Assembly: GCA_963737155.1 (NCBI GenBank)
Contig: CAVTRN010000002.1
Coordinates: 128,001-192,000 of the forward strand
DNA from: Nitrospirota bacterium
GTDB taxonomy: Bacteria; Nitrospirota; UBA9217
Length of the DNA stretch: 64,000 bases
Reading direction: 5' to 3'
Positions 1 through 9,508 of this stretch are shown here, one piece after another; position 1 is the first letter of the stretch; each line of letters begins with the position of its first letter. A model generated the notes under the pieces. The model saw only the letters and a program-made list of their open reading frames with translations. It searched no databases and was not told the DNA's origin. A program made the position numbers and the translations under genes.

Positions 1-444
1 AACAATTGTTCCAGACGAAGGCAACTTAAACTGCAATTGACCGAGCACATATCCAACAAACAAAAGGGAGAGCTTCTGCTCTTTCGTAACCTGATGTGTA
101 CCCACAATGCTTATCGGCTCGTAACTATAACTGCCGAGAGATGAGGTACGATGCACTTTCGTGAGCACGTCACAGCCAGCTTTTAAATCGTGCAACTTGA
201 GTGCGACGTCCAGAAGAACATTCTCGCCGCTTGAGAGAGCAGCAGCGTTCCCGGAGCTCAGGCTAGGATGTTCTTTCTCGATAAGATTCAAATATTTAAT
301 TCGGCTTTGATGTGCTTGTTCTTCAAGTAAATGCCAATACTCATGGGGTATTCCCTGATCTTCCAAGCAAAGAAGAAGAAATGCTTTTCGAGAGCATTGC
401 GAGTATGCAACAACAACTTCAGGGGTAATAATTTTCGTTTCCAT
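1..444 (-). CDS. N-terminal part of a TM0106/RecB-like nuclease (often IS66-transposase-fused) protein; runs off the left edge
   Basis: Not in the ORF track. Manual translation from ATG at 444 is open to base 1: METKIITPEVVVAYSQCSRKAFLLLC...SSLGSYSYEPISIVGTHQVTKEQKLSLLFVGYVLGQLQ, resembling the N-terminus of TM0106-type nuclease/IS66 fusion proteins. Confidence 0.6.
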   Translation of the reverse strand, partial: METKIITPEVVVAYSQCSRKAFLLLCLEDQGIPHEYWHLLEEQAHQSRIKYLNLIEKEHPSLSSGNAAALSSGENVLLDVALKLHDLKAGCDVLTKVHRTSSLGSYSYEPISIVGTHQVTKEQKLSLLFVGYVLGQLQFKLPSSGTIV

Positions 445-800
445 TCAACCCCATGCCAATCTTTCTTCAAGGACGCCTGATGTTTATGCTTCTGAGCGCT
501 TATTCTGAAAGAAACTGGTTGACTATGCCTATGCGCGCCGATGACATCGGGTTTCAAATGAATTTTTTCTTCAAATCAAGGGTATAGATTACAGCATTGT
601 ATCGGCGTAGGACCTGTGTCTTGGAGATGCCTGATGCAAAAACAGCAATTCAGGTTAGAGCCACTAGCAATACAATTAACATAGTCGAACAAACTGTTGA
701 ACTTAATTGACAATTTGGTGGGGTTCGTGAGGAAACTCAGGGTTATTCCTATTGTGTTTTTTTCTCGAAATGTTTGATATAGAAACCGTTGACTGCGTAG

Positions 801-1193
801 TTAGTTCTGTAGTGACGCCGTGATTGCGATAGCGATATTTCTCGCGGCATCTTTCGCTTGCAATGCTTTATCCTTCGTGTAATGAACGGGCCAGTGAACA
901 GGATAGCGGGTGTCAATATACGAAGTATTTAAAAACTCGCAAAAAGTCATCAGAGGTAAAAGCAAAGAGTTCTTTTCAGCGCATGTTTCGAGCAAAATGA
1001 CTAGATTATGCTGTTTCTCGAATTTCAGGTCATGAGCGACAATAAAAGCTTTCAGATACTTCTCCGCTGCCTGATGAAAATGAAAACAGATTTGTGCGTA
1101 AAACTCATTACCTTCTCCAAGGACGGCACTCGCGAAATTGAAATCTTCATCCGCCTTATTCAGCCAAACCTGAACGACCTGCGGATCAGCCAT
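801..1193 (-). CDS. HEPN domain protein (toxin of HEPN/MNT pair)
   Basis: WLNKADEDF...CFHFHQAAEKYLKA...HNL...TRYP pattern. The ATG at 1193 overlaps the upstream MNT stop. Confidence 0.9.
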   Translation of the reverse strand: MADPQVVQVWLNKADEDFNFASAVLGEGNEFYAQICFHFHQAAEKYLKAFIVAHDLKFEKQHNLVILLETCAEKNSLLLPLMTFCEFLNTSYIDTRYPVHWPVHYTKDKALQAKDAARNIAIAITASLQN

Positions 1194-1506
1194 AGAGAAG
1201 CTTCCCTTCATTAAGTATCTTTTTCAAGAATGGGTCGCCTAAAGCAAACCACTTTTCAACTTCTTCAGGCTTATACACGATATAATCAACCGCTGCATGA
1301 GTCTTCATTAAGCGGTAAAGTTCGTTTATCCGGTCGCTGCCGTAATAGGGAACATTTTCTTTCACGATGAAAAAATCCAGATCGTTCACTTCGCTACCGC
1401 TTCCCCAGGCTGCGGAACCGAAGAGTATGATCTTCTCAGGCTGATATTTCTCGATAAGCTGGTTCTTGATGCTGTCTATTTCCAGCGTGATTTCTATTTT
1501 TGTCAT
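1186..1506 (-). CDS. Minimal nucleotidyltransferase (MNT antitoxin)
   Basis: PEKIILFGSAAWG...NDLDFFIV (GS..DxD motif); coupled to the HEPN gene; likely start MTKIEI at 1506. Confidence 0.9.
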   Translation of the reverse strand: MTKIEITLEIDSIKNQLIEKYQPEKIILFGSAAWGSGSEVNDLDFFIVKENVPYYGSDRINELYRLMKTHAAVDYIVYKPEEVEKWFALGDPFLKKILNEGKLLYG

Positions 1507-1587
1507 ATGATTAACTCTATCATACGGAGTAAGGGTCTGAGCATGAATGAGTAAATGTTGGCTCACTGGTCAAATGCATACAATAAA

Positions 1588-1613
1588 CTATCCCGCTGCA
1601 AGCCGCGGGGAAT
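1588..1613. repeat. Isolated IS200/IS605-type end hairpin
   Basis: ctatcccgctgcaagccgcggggaat is an imperfect palindrome of the CCCCGC-GCAAGC-GCGGGG type, with no transposase nearby. Confidence 0.4.
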
Positions 1614-2295
1614 ACAACCCAGAATGGTAATTAAAGAATACCGTAAAACACAGACGAATTCAATGATAAACTTAACTTCGGCATTTAAGAGTGGATCTCG
1701 TTTGAATTTAATAATAGCTGGCATAATCAAAATGCGATTACATATCTCGTATAGCCAACAATCAAATATAGACTCGCGGTATTAACATTTGGTCAGTCCA
1801 TCCAGTCTTTCATGATATTCGACGGCGTTGTCAACGATATCAATTGGATATTTTATAGGAATGAGGCTGTTGAATACAAGTTCAAACTTTAAATGTTGCA
1901 AAGAATGGAAACTTCAAAAGCTTCAGGAAGTTCTTGTTGCAAGGAGAACCATGTCATAATATCCATGATTCAAACAGAAGATAGCACCTTCTTAATAAAT
2001 CTGATCATCCGGCCTTCACCTACTCTGCAATTTCAGCAGGACGCAACAACCAGCGAATATCTGGTTGTAATCTGCGACAACGGACGGGTTTTGTCCATCG
2101 GCCACGCGATGCGTGAACGGAGATGGATTTGTTCGAGGTTTTTAGGCGCTATTCCCATCCGTGTAATATTATTGCCTTCGGAAAGAGAACGTGCAGGCCA
2201 ACTACCCGGCCTGCCCGTGATGTGTTTAAATGATCCTGTCTCGATTCATCAGATGACGTCGGTTGTATCCTTATCCAACCAAAATGCAACCACAC

Positions 2296-2580
2296 TTACG
2301 TCTTGGCGCACCGGAGATCGTTGAGAACGTATCCCCATGTGCCTGTGGAATCATAACTTTCACCCCCAAAGAGCCAGAGGTTGCCACTACTGTCTATCCA
2401 GGAAACGGTTGAATTGCGCCCGTCCGGTATGTTGGTTGTGGCAGCCATAACCTTGGTTCCGCAGGTGCCGGCTTGGTTTCCGAGGTTGGGTCCACTCACC
2501 CAGGTCCAGTTGGTCCCGTCGAACCGCCAAAGATCATTGAGCCACGTACCAATCGCGCCTACGGCATCTAAAGCAGCGCC
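2296..2580 (-). pseudogene. Fragment of a Kelch/galactose-oxidase-like repeat protein
   Basis: WLNDLWRFDGTNWTWVSG...PDGRNSTVSWIDSSGNLWLFGG...LNDL: about 1.5 repeats, no start context, abrupt end. Confidence 0.7.
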
Positions 2581-2685
2581 GTCACGAAAACGACGGCGTG
2601 AGGCGCTGCTCCATCTTCCTGGGGTCCGCAGAGCTTCTGAGGCCCGGCAAACATCGTTTTTTGGTCTGCGACACCCTCTAAGGTG

Positions 2686-4380
2686 CTATTTCCCAACGGT
2701 GATGATTTGACTGGGTCCATATTCCGTCGGGACCGTTGGATTGTTCATGAGTGTGAGCGCCCCGGTCGTCTGGTCGATCGTGAACTGAAAGATGGACATA
2801 TTATTGATAGCTGGACCGCACGAGCCGTCGTCGCCACTGGTCGCGTAGGCGTACTTGCCCGAGGCTTCCACCGTGATGACATCGACGCTCGGCAGCGAGA
2901 CCGTGGGCGGAGTCATTGCTGTGAGCGCCCCAGTGTTCTGGTCGATCGTGAACTGAGCGATACCCGGCGGGTCAAGGACCGTCGCATAGGCGAACCTGCC
3001 CAAGGGGTCGACCGTGATGGACGCTGCCCCATAACCCCCCGTGGCCGTGGCGAGGGTGACCGTAGGCGCGGACATGGGTGTGAGCGCTCCAGTGTTCTGG
3101 TCGATATTGTACTGAAAGATGTAGCCGTATTCATAGTCCGCAACGTAGGCATACTTACCCTTGGTGGGTTCGATCGTGATGGCGTAGGGCTCCGAGTAGG
3201 CGGGTCCCGCGGCGACCGACAGCGTGGGCGCGGATGTGAGCGCCCCAGTGTTCTGGTCGATATTGTACTGGGTGATGGAGCCACCATAACCACCATTATT
3301 GGTTGGCACGTAGGCCCACTTGCCCGAGGGGTGGACCGTAATGGAATCGGGATACGACGACCCCGACCCCGCCGCGACGGTGGGCGTGGTCATTGATGTG
3401 AGCGATCCATCCGTGCCGATCGTGTACTGATTGATGTCAAGCCTTTCAATGTTTAGCACGTAGGCCCAGGGGCCCGAGGGGTTGACCACAATGCTGGCAG
3501 GATAGTACAACTGGCCGACAGGCACATTCGGCCCCACCAAGATAGTAGGCGTGGACATGGATGTGAGCGACCCTTCCGCGCCGATCGTGAACTGAGAGAC
3601 GGTCTCACTTATTTGGTTCGATACGTAGCTATACTTACCCAGGGGGTCAACCGCGATGTTTCGGGGATCGTTCCCTCCTGTAGTGACCGAGGGCGTGAAC
3701 ATGGGGGTGAGCGCTCCATTCGGGCCGATCCAGTACTGAGAGACGCTGCCTCCATAACCGCACTGATTGTTTGCCGAGTAGGCATAGCCCCCTTCCCAGA
3801 ATGCATACAGGGTGCCATTTGTTGCGCTCTTCGTGAAGGTCTGCCCCGGCGCATAGATTATTCCGGATCCGTCGGCCGTCGTCTGCCATCCCACGAAGGT
3901 ATATCCGGTATATACGAGACTGCCTGAATTCCCGAGCACTGTGACGGTCTCCCCAGTCACATAGGAGTTCGAGTCAATCGGGACGCTGCCGCTGGTGGCG
4001 CCGTTGCCGTTATAAGTCACGGCATTGCCACCGGTGCCGTTTGCGGTCCATATCGCGTACAGTGTAACATTGGCCGTACCCATCGTGACGCTCGACATAG
4101 AGGTCGTGCCGTTAGCCAGCGTGTTCCAACCCGAAAAGGTATACCCGGTTTTCACGAGGATGCCCGGATTCCCGAGCACCGTGACCATCTGCCCCTGCGA
4201 ATAGTTATTTGGGTCGCTCGGGACGCTGCCGCCGGTAGCCCCGTTACCGTTATAAGTCACGGTGTACGTGGTGGAAGTTGGGCTTGTACTGCCACCACCT
4301 CCTCCACCACCGCAGGCAGCCGCTATCAATGATAAACACAAGACTAAGGCCACAAAAATACCGATATGTCTCTTTTCCAT
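2686..4380 (-). CDS. Surface lipoprotein with InlB B-like (Listeria/Bacteroides) repeats and a lactonase-type beta-propeller
   Basis: Signal peptide with IAAAC lipobox and Gly linker; two VTYNGNGAT.GSVP.D...GYTF.GW repeats; repeated P..I.VDP.GK.AYV / QY.IDQNTGALT blades. Confidence 0.85.
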   Translation of the reverse strand: MEKRHIGIFVALVLCLSLIAAACGGGGGGGSTSPTSTTYTVTYNGNGATGGSVPSDPNNYSQGQMVTVLGNPGILVKTGYTFSGWNTLANGTTSMSSVTMGTANVTLYAIWTANGTGGNAVTYNGNGATSGSVPIDSNSYVTGETVTVLGNSGSLVYTGYTFVGWQTTADGSGIIYAPGQTFTKSATNGTLYAFWEGGYAYSANNQCGYGGSVSQYWIGPNGALTPMFTPSVTTGGNDPRNIAVDPLGKYSYVSNQISETVSQFTIGAEGSLTSMSTPTILVGPNVPVGQLYYPASIVVNPSGPWAYVLNIERLDINQYTIGTDGSLTSMTTPTVAAGSGSSYPDSITVHPSGKWAYVPTNNGGYGGSITQYNIDQNTGALTSAPTLSVAAGPAYSEPYAITIEPTKGKYAYVADYEYGYIFQYNIDQNTGALTPMSAPTVTLATATGGYGAASITVDPLGRFAYATVLDPPGIAQFTIDQNTGALTAMTPPTVSLPSVDVITVEASGKYAYATSGDDGSCGPAINNMSIFQFTIDQTTGALTLMNNPTVPTEYGPSQIITVGK

Positions 4381-4755
4381 AATAACTACCCCCTTTCTTT
4401 ATGAGACAAAGCCGAATTGAGAATTCCCTTGTTTCTCTCTTGAAAAAAAATGTTGCGATATGTTAAATTGACAAAGTGTTAGTTTTCTGTTGAAATCAAC
4501 ACTTTTACCGAAGAGCTCATCGCGGCAAAATACATATAAAAGGTGCACTACTTACTTCACTGATGTTTACGCTAATTTATCAAATGATTGAAAGAGGGGC
4601 TCCTCAGCAGAATCTGTTGATAATAAAATAAGCATTTAAGGAAAAGTCTCGCATTCCGGCATAGCCATTATGCTAATTTTGATATATATGGGTAGAGCAT
4701 GGGGTTAGACTTCCCCATTAAAGTATAAGAAATATTTTTTTCAAGATTACCCAAA

Positions 4756-4944
4756 ATAGAAACCTCCTGCTAAAAATTAGTTTATACGGGAACTAAATTC
4801 AAGCGTCAGGAGGTTTCTATGAACTGTATTGATGATAGCAGACTTGAGCAGCTTCTTCAACTGAAGAAAGAGATTCGTGGTTCAGATCAGGATTTGATTG
4901 TTTCTTACAATGCAGATGATATATCTCACTGTGACATTTATTAG
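4756..4944 (+). pseudogene. Left-end remnant of an IS110-like transposase gene with an RBS-sequestering inverted repeat
   Basis: Perfect 14-bp IR atagaaacctcctg (4756-4769) / caggaggtttctat (4807-4820) covers the RBS and the ATG at 4819. The peptide MNCIDDSRLEQLLQLKKEIRGSDQDLIV resembles IS110 N-termini just before the GIDxAK motif, which is absent. Confidence 0.5.
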
Positions 4945-5328
4945 CCTAATCGACAGTGGTGATATCTTTCAATCACGCGTAATTACAGAACAAATACGGA
5001 TTTATTATCTAATAAATATCCACAGATTCAGCGTAGGAGGCGAAAGAGGTTACTCAGCCTATGGGTAATTGTAAATACCCCTGTCAGGGTATTTTTAGGG
5101 TATGCTTATCTCGTCACTTCATCACAATCAACTACTTATGGAGGACACAGTTGATTTTTTTGATGATTCAAATGGTCTATTTCAGAAATCGGTGAAGGTC
5201 CTGCCTTATTTGACATCCCGAAAAGGAATGCAACTGATCACAGGGAGAGGAAGTCAATCCTTGACTATTAGATTGAAGAATACGACATGATAAGTGCAAT
5301 TTCCAATAAGTGCAACTGTTACCAGCTC

Positions 5329-5430
5329 CAGGAAGTTGATGATGAGAGAAAACTTTACCACGAAATGCAATGATTCAAAATGAATTCTGCACCTCCGTTA
5401 ATTTTATGCAAAACTCAACTCCACCTAAAC
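5329..5430. repeat. Dispersed non-coding repeat, copy 1 (most diverged)
   Basis: aactttaccacgaaatgcaatgattcaaaatgaattctgcacctccgttaattttatgcaaaactcaactccaccta aligns with the copies starting at 8913 and 13163. Confidence 0.75.
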
Positions 5431-5654
5431 ACGTCCTAAATTTATGAGATTAAAGGAAACTGCGCCTATTTGCAAGAGGTTAAGGAATTGGCGGTAAAGA
5501 TATGCGTCCGGGGCAGTCATGCAACTCTTGCCGTGAGTATTGCTGAAACAAAAACAGGCACCTGCTTAGCGAAAGGAACCATCATCCAGCAAGAAAAAGA
5601 ACACAAGAATTGAAATTACTATCTTTTGGATAAAGTCTTTCATTCTATTGACCT

Positions 5655-6128
5655 CTAACGGGTAGGAGCAAGGGCCTTAATCGCGTCCTTAAATTCCTTG
5701 ATAAGGCCGCCGGCACCGTGAGCAGCATCAATCAATGAACCAAGTACTGCGTCTACAGCTTCCAGGACCGATCGGAAACCTGTACGGACCGTAAGCTGAC
5801 CTTGCCAGCGACGCCATGACTTCGAAACTCTTGCCAATACAGCGTACTTGAATCTCACAGCGGAGCCAACAAGCCCGTGATGTTTCAATTGCGATTCGGG
5901 AATCTTTGTTATCTTTACTTTAAGGTACTCCGCCGCTGGCAAGACATCATCCCGTAACGTCTTCTCAGCCAGTGATATTAATTGCGCGTCATCCCTCCAT
6001 AGCCTCACGGTGAAATCTTTAGACTTGACCAATAGGGTCAGCAACTCAACAGTTTCGTCAACAAAGAGGACTAGCGTATCCCTCTGCGGGTCTTGGACTT
6101 GGCCAATCTTCACGAAGAAGCGAGACAT
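5655..6128 (-). CDS. Hypothetical protein
   Basis: 157-aa ORF with a G-rich RBS and protein-like composition; no recognised motif. Confidence 0.7.
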   Translation of the reverse strand: MSRFFVKIGQVQDPQRDTLVLFVDETVELLTLLVKSKDFTVRLWRDDAQLISLAEKTLRDDVLPAAEYLKVKITKIPESQLKHHGLVGSAVRFKYAVLARVSKSWRRWQGQLTVRTGFRSVLEAVDAVLGSLIDAAHGAGGLIKEFKDAIKALAPTR

Positions 6129-6585
6129 ACATACCCCCTGACAACCGAGGATAAATTACTTTGCCTGCTTTCTTAAATATGTTACAAACATTGGGTGTCT
6201 TTTTATGTAATTTTAAAAGCGGCTTACTGTCAATTTCGTGCATTCTGGCAAGGGTCTCGAATTGTTTGCGAATAAGCGTCAAAGCTTCAATGATATCGCC
6301 TTGCATGAATAGGTCGTTTATCAAGTAATGAGTACGAATGAAAGATGTAGAAAGGATTATTTGATAGGAAGTCTTTTCAGTCGTGTTGTTGATTTTATTA
6401 GATGCTTGCTCTTGAGCTATTTTAGCCATGAGGCCATCAATAAATATTCGAAGTGTATTTTCGCCTTCTTTTTCCTGGGTTTTATAGTATTGACGAGTTT
6501 TCTCACGAGCCTCAAGACATTTGCCTTGATACTCACATGCGTTTTTCATTAGTTCTTCGATTATTTCTTGTGTGATATTCGTCAT
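6058..6585 (-). CDS. Hypothetical integron-cassette-like protein, probably 3'-truncated
   Basis: ATG (MTNITQEII) lies 10 nt after the attC R' box. After ...IYPRLS the frame runs into the RBS and start of the next gene. Confidence 0.6.
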   Translation of the reverse strand: MTNITQEIIEELMKNACEYQGKCLEAREKTRQYYKTQEKEGENTLRIFIDGLMAKIAQEQASNKINNTTEKTSYQIILSTSFIRTHYLINDLFMQGDIIEALTLIRKQFETLARMHEIDSKPLLKLHKKTPNVCNIFKKAGKVIYPRLSGGMYVSLLREDWPSPRPAEGYASPLC

Positions 6586-6595
6586 TGGTTTTCGT

Positions 6596-6655
6596 TTATA
6601 ACGAGCGCGTGACGCGCCGCTTTCTGGCGTGTCGCCGTCCACGCACAGGTTGGAC
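6596..6655 (-). other. Integron attC recombination site
   Basis: Minus strand GTCCAAC-ctgt-GCGTGGACG...CGTCACGC-gctc-GTTATAA: R''/R' boxes with AAC/GTT, and L''/L' complementary with one extra G; 60 bp. Confidence 0.8.
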
Positions 6656-6731
6656 TCCCTAAGTCCAATCAACATTATTTTGTCGGCAGCTAGTGTGCCC
6701 CCATGATGACTATAGGGACAGTTTCTGTCAC

Positions 6732-7748
6732 TTAATCATTAGTCAAGCTATAGTAATTCATTTGACCGGTATGAATTATTCCCGCCTTTACTTTTTCCTC
6801 GAAGTCGTGTCTGTCCTCGATAAAAGAATTTTCAACATGCTTTGTAAAATAAACGTAATAATCATATTTATAGTTCAGACCGTCAAGAAATAAAGTGGCT
6901 TCTTTAATGGGATTGATGATATGTACATCAAGGCTTTTGTCGATCTTGTTTTTTGTATCTTGAATAAACTTTGTTGAGACATTAATTTCAGCCATGAATT
7001 TTAAAGGTTCAATTTTTAAGTCAGGGGAAAATTTAAACAAGATGTCACCTTGTTCTTTAATCTTGATCAGTGATTGAACAAGCTTATATTTATTATAAAT
7101 AAAAATATTTTTCCATTCGATAGTTGTCTTCTCTTTCCTCTTCAGGATAATATTGACTTCGAATTCTTCTGCATCTCGGTTCATCGCTGCATATTTATTA
7201 AAGTCCCTATTAAATTCTACTATTAACCTCTGAAGCTTTAGATAATTGCTCGTCGGGACAGCATTAAAAATACCCTTCTCTAGATTGGGCAATTTGGGAT
7301 CGGCTGAAAAGAAGTGATCTATTGTATCCTGCTCATCAGCCATCCCGATTGGACCAATGAGCGGAGTGCATTCGTCATATTTATGGAGCAAAGACGTGTC
7401 AATATAATACCGCCTATATTTCTCAATTGACGGCTCTTCTTGAATTCCTCTTGTAGAAATTGAATTAGGCTGATTTGTAAGGATTTTGTTATGTTCGAAT
7501 GCTAAATATCTAAGATAATTTGTTATGTACTCTGTTAGGAAATCTCTTGCGTTGTTTAAAATGAGAAGTTGTTCTCCACTATGAATATCAGCTGCACTTT
7601 TCGTTACGGACTCATTCAGTTGGTAGACACCGTAGCTGAGGATTATCATTACGATTGTCAGAACCATTGGAATAATTTCCTTCCAATATGTCTTCAATTT
7701 TTCCATAAACTGCAAAGTCATTTCCGTATCCCCATAATGCTCAAGCAA
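6732..7748 (-). CDS. Hypothetical membrane-anchored protein (AT-rich)
   Basis: 338-aa ORF with one N-terminal hydrophobic helix; the start may be the ATG of MTLQF or MEKLK. Confidence 0.7.
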   Translation of the reverse strand: MLEHYGDTEMTLQFMEKLKTYWKEIIPMVLTIVMIILSYGVYQLNESVTKSAADIHSGEQLLILNNARDFLTEYITNYLRYLAFEHNKILTNQPNSISTRGIQEEPSIEKYRRYYIDTSLLHKYDECTPLIGPIGMADEQDTIDHFFSADPKLPNLEKGIFNAVPTSNYLKLQRLIVEFNRDFNKYAAMNRDAEEFEVNIILKRKEKTTIEWKNIFIYNKYKLVQSLIKIKEQGDILFKFSPDLKIEPLKFMAEINVSTKFIQDTKNKIDKSLDVHIINPIKEATLFLDGLNYKYDYYVYFTKHVENSFIEDRHDFEEKVKAGIIHTGQMNYYSLTND

Positions 7749-7792
7749 GAATTGATTTATTTTTCGATGTAAAGTAATCCCGTTGGGTTCCG

Positions 7793-8575
7793 CTATGCTT
7801 TACCCGACCTACCGATTTTAGCGGTCATCTTTTTTTCAAGCTCATCTCTTAACGCACCGAAATGAGCCTCGCGATGATGCTCGGCGCAAAGGGCGATCAC
7901 ATTAGTTATTCGATCTGCGCCATCATTGGCCAACGAAATAATATGATGTGTTTCCAGATAAATAGTTCCATCGGGGCGAGCAAATCCGTGTTTGCCGCAC
8001 AACTCACATAGTCCTTTAGCCCGCGCCTCAACTGTTCTCCTAACTTGGGGATCTCTCGCATATCTGGTCCCTGAAATTAATTCCTTCTCAGGCCTGTCAG
8101 ATCCTAAGTCATTAACGGCATCCTGATCTTGTAGAAAGGGTGCTTCGGTAAGCTGCTGATATAGTTGGCTCTCTGGAATTCTTCTTTTTACTTCTGCCCA
8201 CGCCGCGTGATTGCCATAGCCCTCAAGCGCAATAAGGGCTTTATCTATAGCTGCAAAATCAGCATCTATGAAGATATGGGCAAGAGAGCGTTTGATAACT
8301 GCTTCTCTAACTCCCGCTGGAGTACCTTTCACCCATGCTTTAGGATTGATCTTACCAGATGCAGCACGAACGGCAACCAAAGCCAGAACTGGAGTTTTCG
8401 CAAGTGATGCAGCCGCATCTAGCAGGTCACAAACCTGAGCTATTGCGCGCGCATTTTTATTTGGAAGCCCAAGTTCCTTTGCTGCCGTCTGATATGTCAG
8501 AAGCCTATGGGTTGGATATGCATCGCGAATAATTGAAAGAAGACGATGGGCTAACTGATGTTGGATTAAGCTCAT
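7793..8575 (-). CDS. HNH endonuclease with an uncharacterised N-terminal domain
   Basis: C-terminal YARDPQVR...CELC...YLETHHIISL...GAD...NVIALCAEHHREAH (McrA-like HNH). Confidence 0.9.
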   Translation of the reverse strand: MSLIQHQLAHRLLSIIRDAYPTHRLLTYQTAAKELGLPNKNARAIAQVCDLLDAAASLAKTPVLALVAVRAASGKINPKAWVKGTPAGVREAVIKRSLAHIFIDADFAAIDKALIALEGYGNHAAWAEVKRRIPESQLYQQLTEAPFLQDQDAVNDLGSDRPEKELISGTRYARDPQVRRTVEARAKGLCELCGKHGFARPDGTIYLETHHIISLANDGADRITNVIALCAEHHREAHFGALRDELEKKMTAKIGRSGKA

Positions 8576-8874
8576 GTTTGATTTCCACGATAAGTCATAT
8601 CAAAACTCTTCGGAATTAACCAGGGGATGACTAGCCCCCCTCGTTAATTCCGAAAATCCGGTATTGGCGAGCCCCCTAGATAATACCGAATTTGTGATGT
8701 TATCTAGTTTAGCAATGATTATGCCAGGTCAATTTACGGTCAAAATGACTATATGCCTGATCAAATAAGATGTCAATAAGAACGGGGGATCGATTACGAT
8801 GGGGATGATCACGATGAGATCTATTAAGGGGCTGTCAACAAATACGGAATGAAGTTGATACTGTTTCAATAAAT

Positions 8875-9092
8875 GGAAACTCCAACACTCCAGGAAGCAG
8901 TCGTTGACGGATAACTTTATCACAAAATGCTATGATACACATTGATTTCTGCACCTTCGCTAAAATTATACGAAACTCGACTTCACCTACAATCACGCAA
9001 TGCCAATGTTTTGACGATGGCAAGGGATTCTGGGTGTATCCTGCAAGCAGAAATATCCACCTTTGGGTGGATCCATTTTTGGGGAACCCTCA
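8875..9092. repeat. Dispersed non-coding repeat, copy 2
   Basis: About 200 bp aligns without gaps to 13141-13340, e.g. shared gaaactcgacttcacctacaatc and tgccaatgttttgacgatgg. Confidence 0.9.
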
Positions 9093-9248
9093 CTGTGACA
9101 TACTTGTAATATTCACACCTCCTCGTTCGAGGGGGTAGTAATAATGAATTATTATAATACCTCGCAAAATATTTCATCCATACGAAACTACAATTCATTA
9201 TATTACCTAACTGGTTTAATAACCTCATGATTACGTGAACAAGAAGAG

Positions 9249-9276
9249 TGGAACCGTAAAAATGGAACCGTAAAAA
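9249..9276 (+). repeat. Tandem 14-bp duplication upstream of the thioredoxin-like gene
   Basis: tggaaccgtaaaaa x2. Confidence 0.8.
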
Positions 9277-9508
9277 AGGAATGTTGTAAGGCTTTGATCA
9301 TCGAAGAGGGAAATATATTATGGTAGACGAAATTGTCTGGGAGAAAAGTCTCAAAAATGCCTTGGACCTTTCAAGACAGGAAAGCAAACTTGTGCTTGCT
9401 GCTTTTTTCGGCTCGACCTGCGAAGCATGCATTAAAATGAAAACATGCACGTTAATCACTCAACGTGTTCAGGACTATATAAAATTACATTTTATCCCAA
9501 TTAAATAT

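Noticed and set aside
1893-2324. 143-aa plus-strand ORF and similar short ORFs in AT-rich intergenic DNA (e.g. 37069-37410, 38478-38750, 61551-61856)
   Set aside because: No recognisable motif, RBS or protein-like composition.
8917-9110. Selenoprotein reading of the dispersed repeat (minus frame ...DCR-TGA-SRVSYN...IL-TGA-TAA in copies 2 and 3)
   Set aside because: Differences between copies are mostly non-synonymous, copy 1 has TGG and a different stop, and there is no shared start or evident SECIS.
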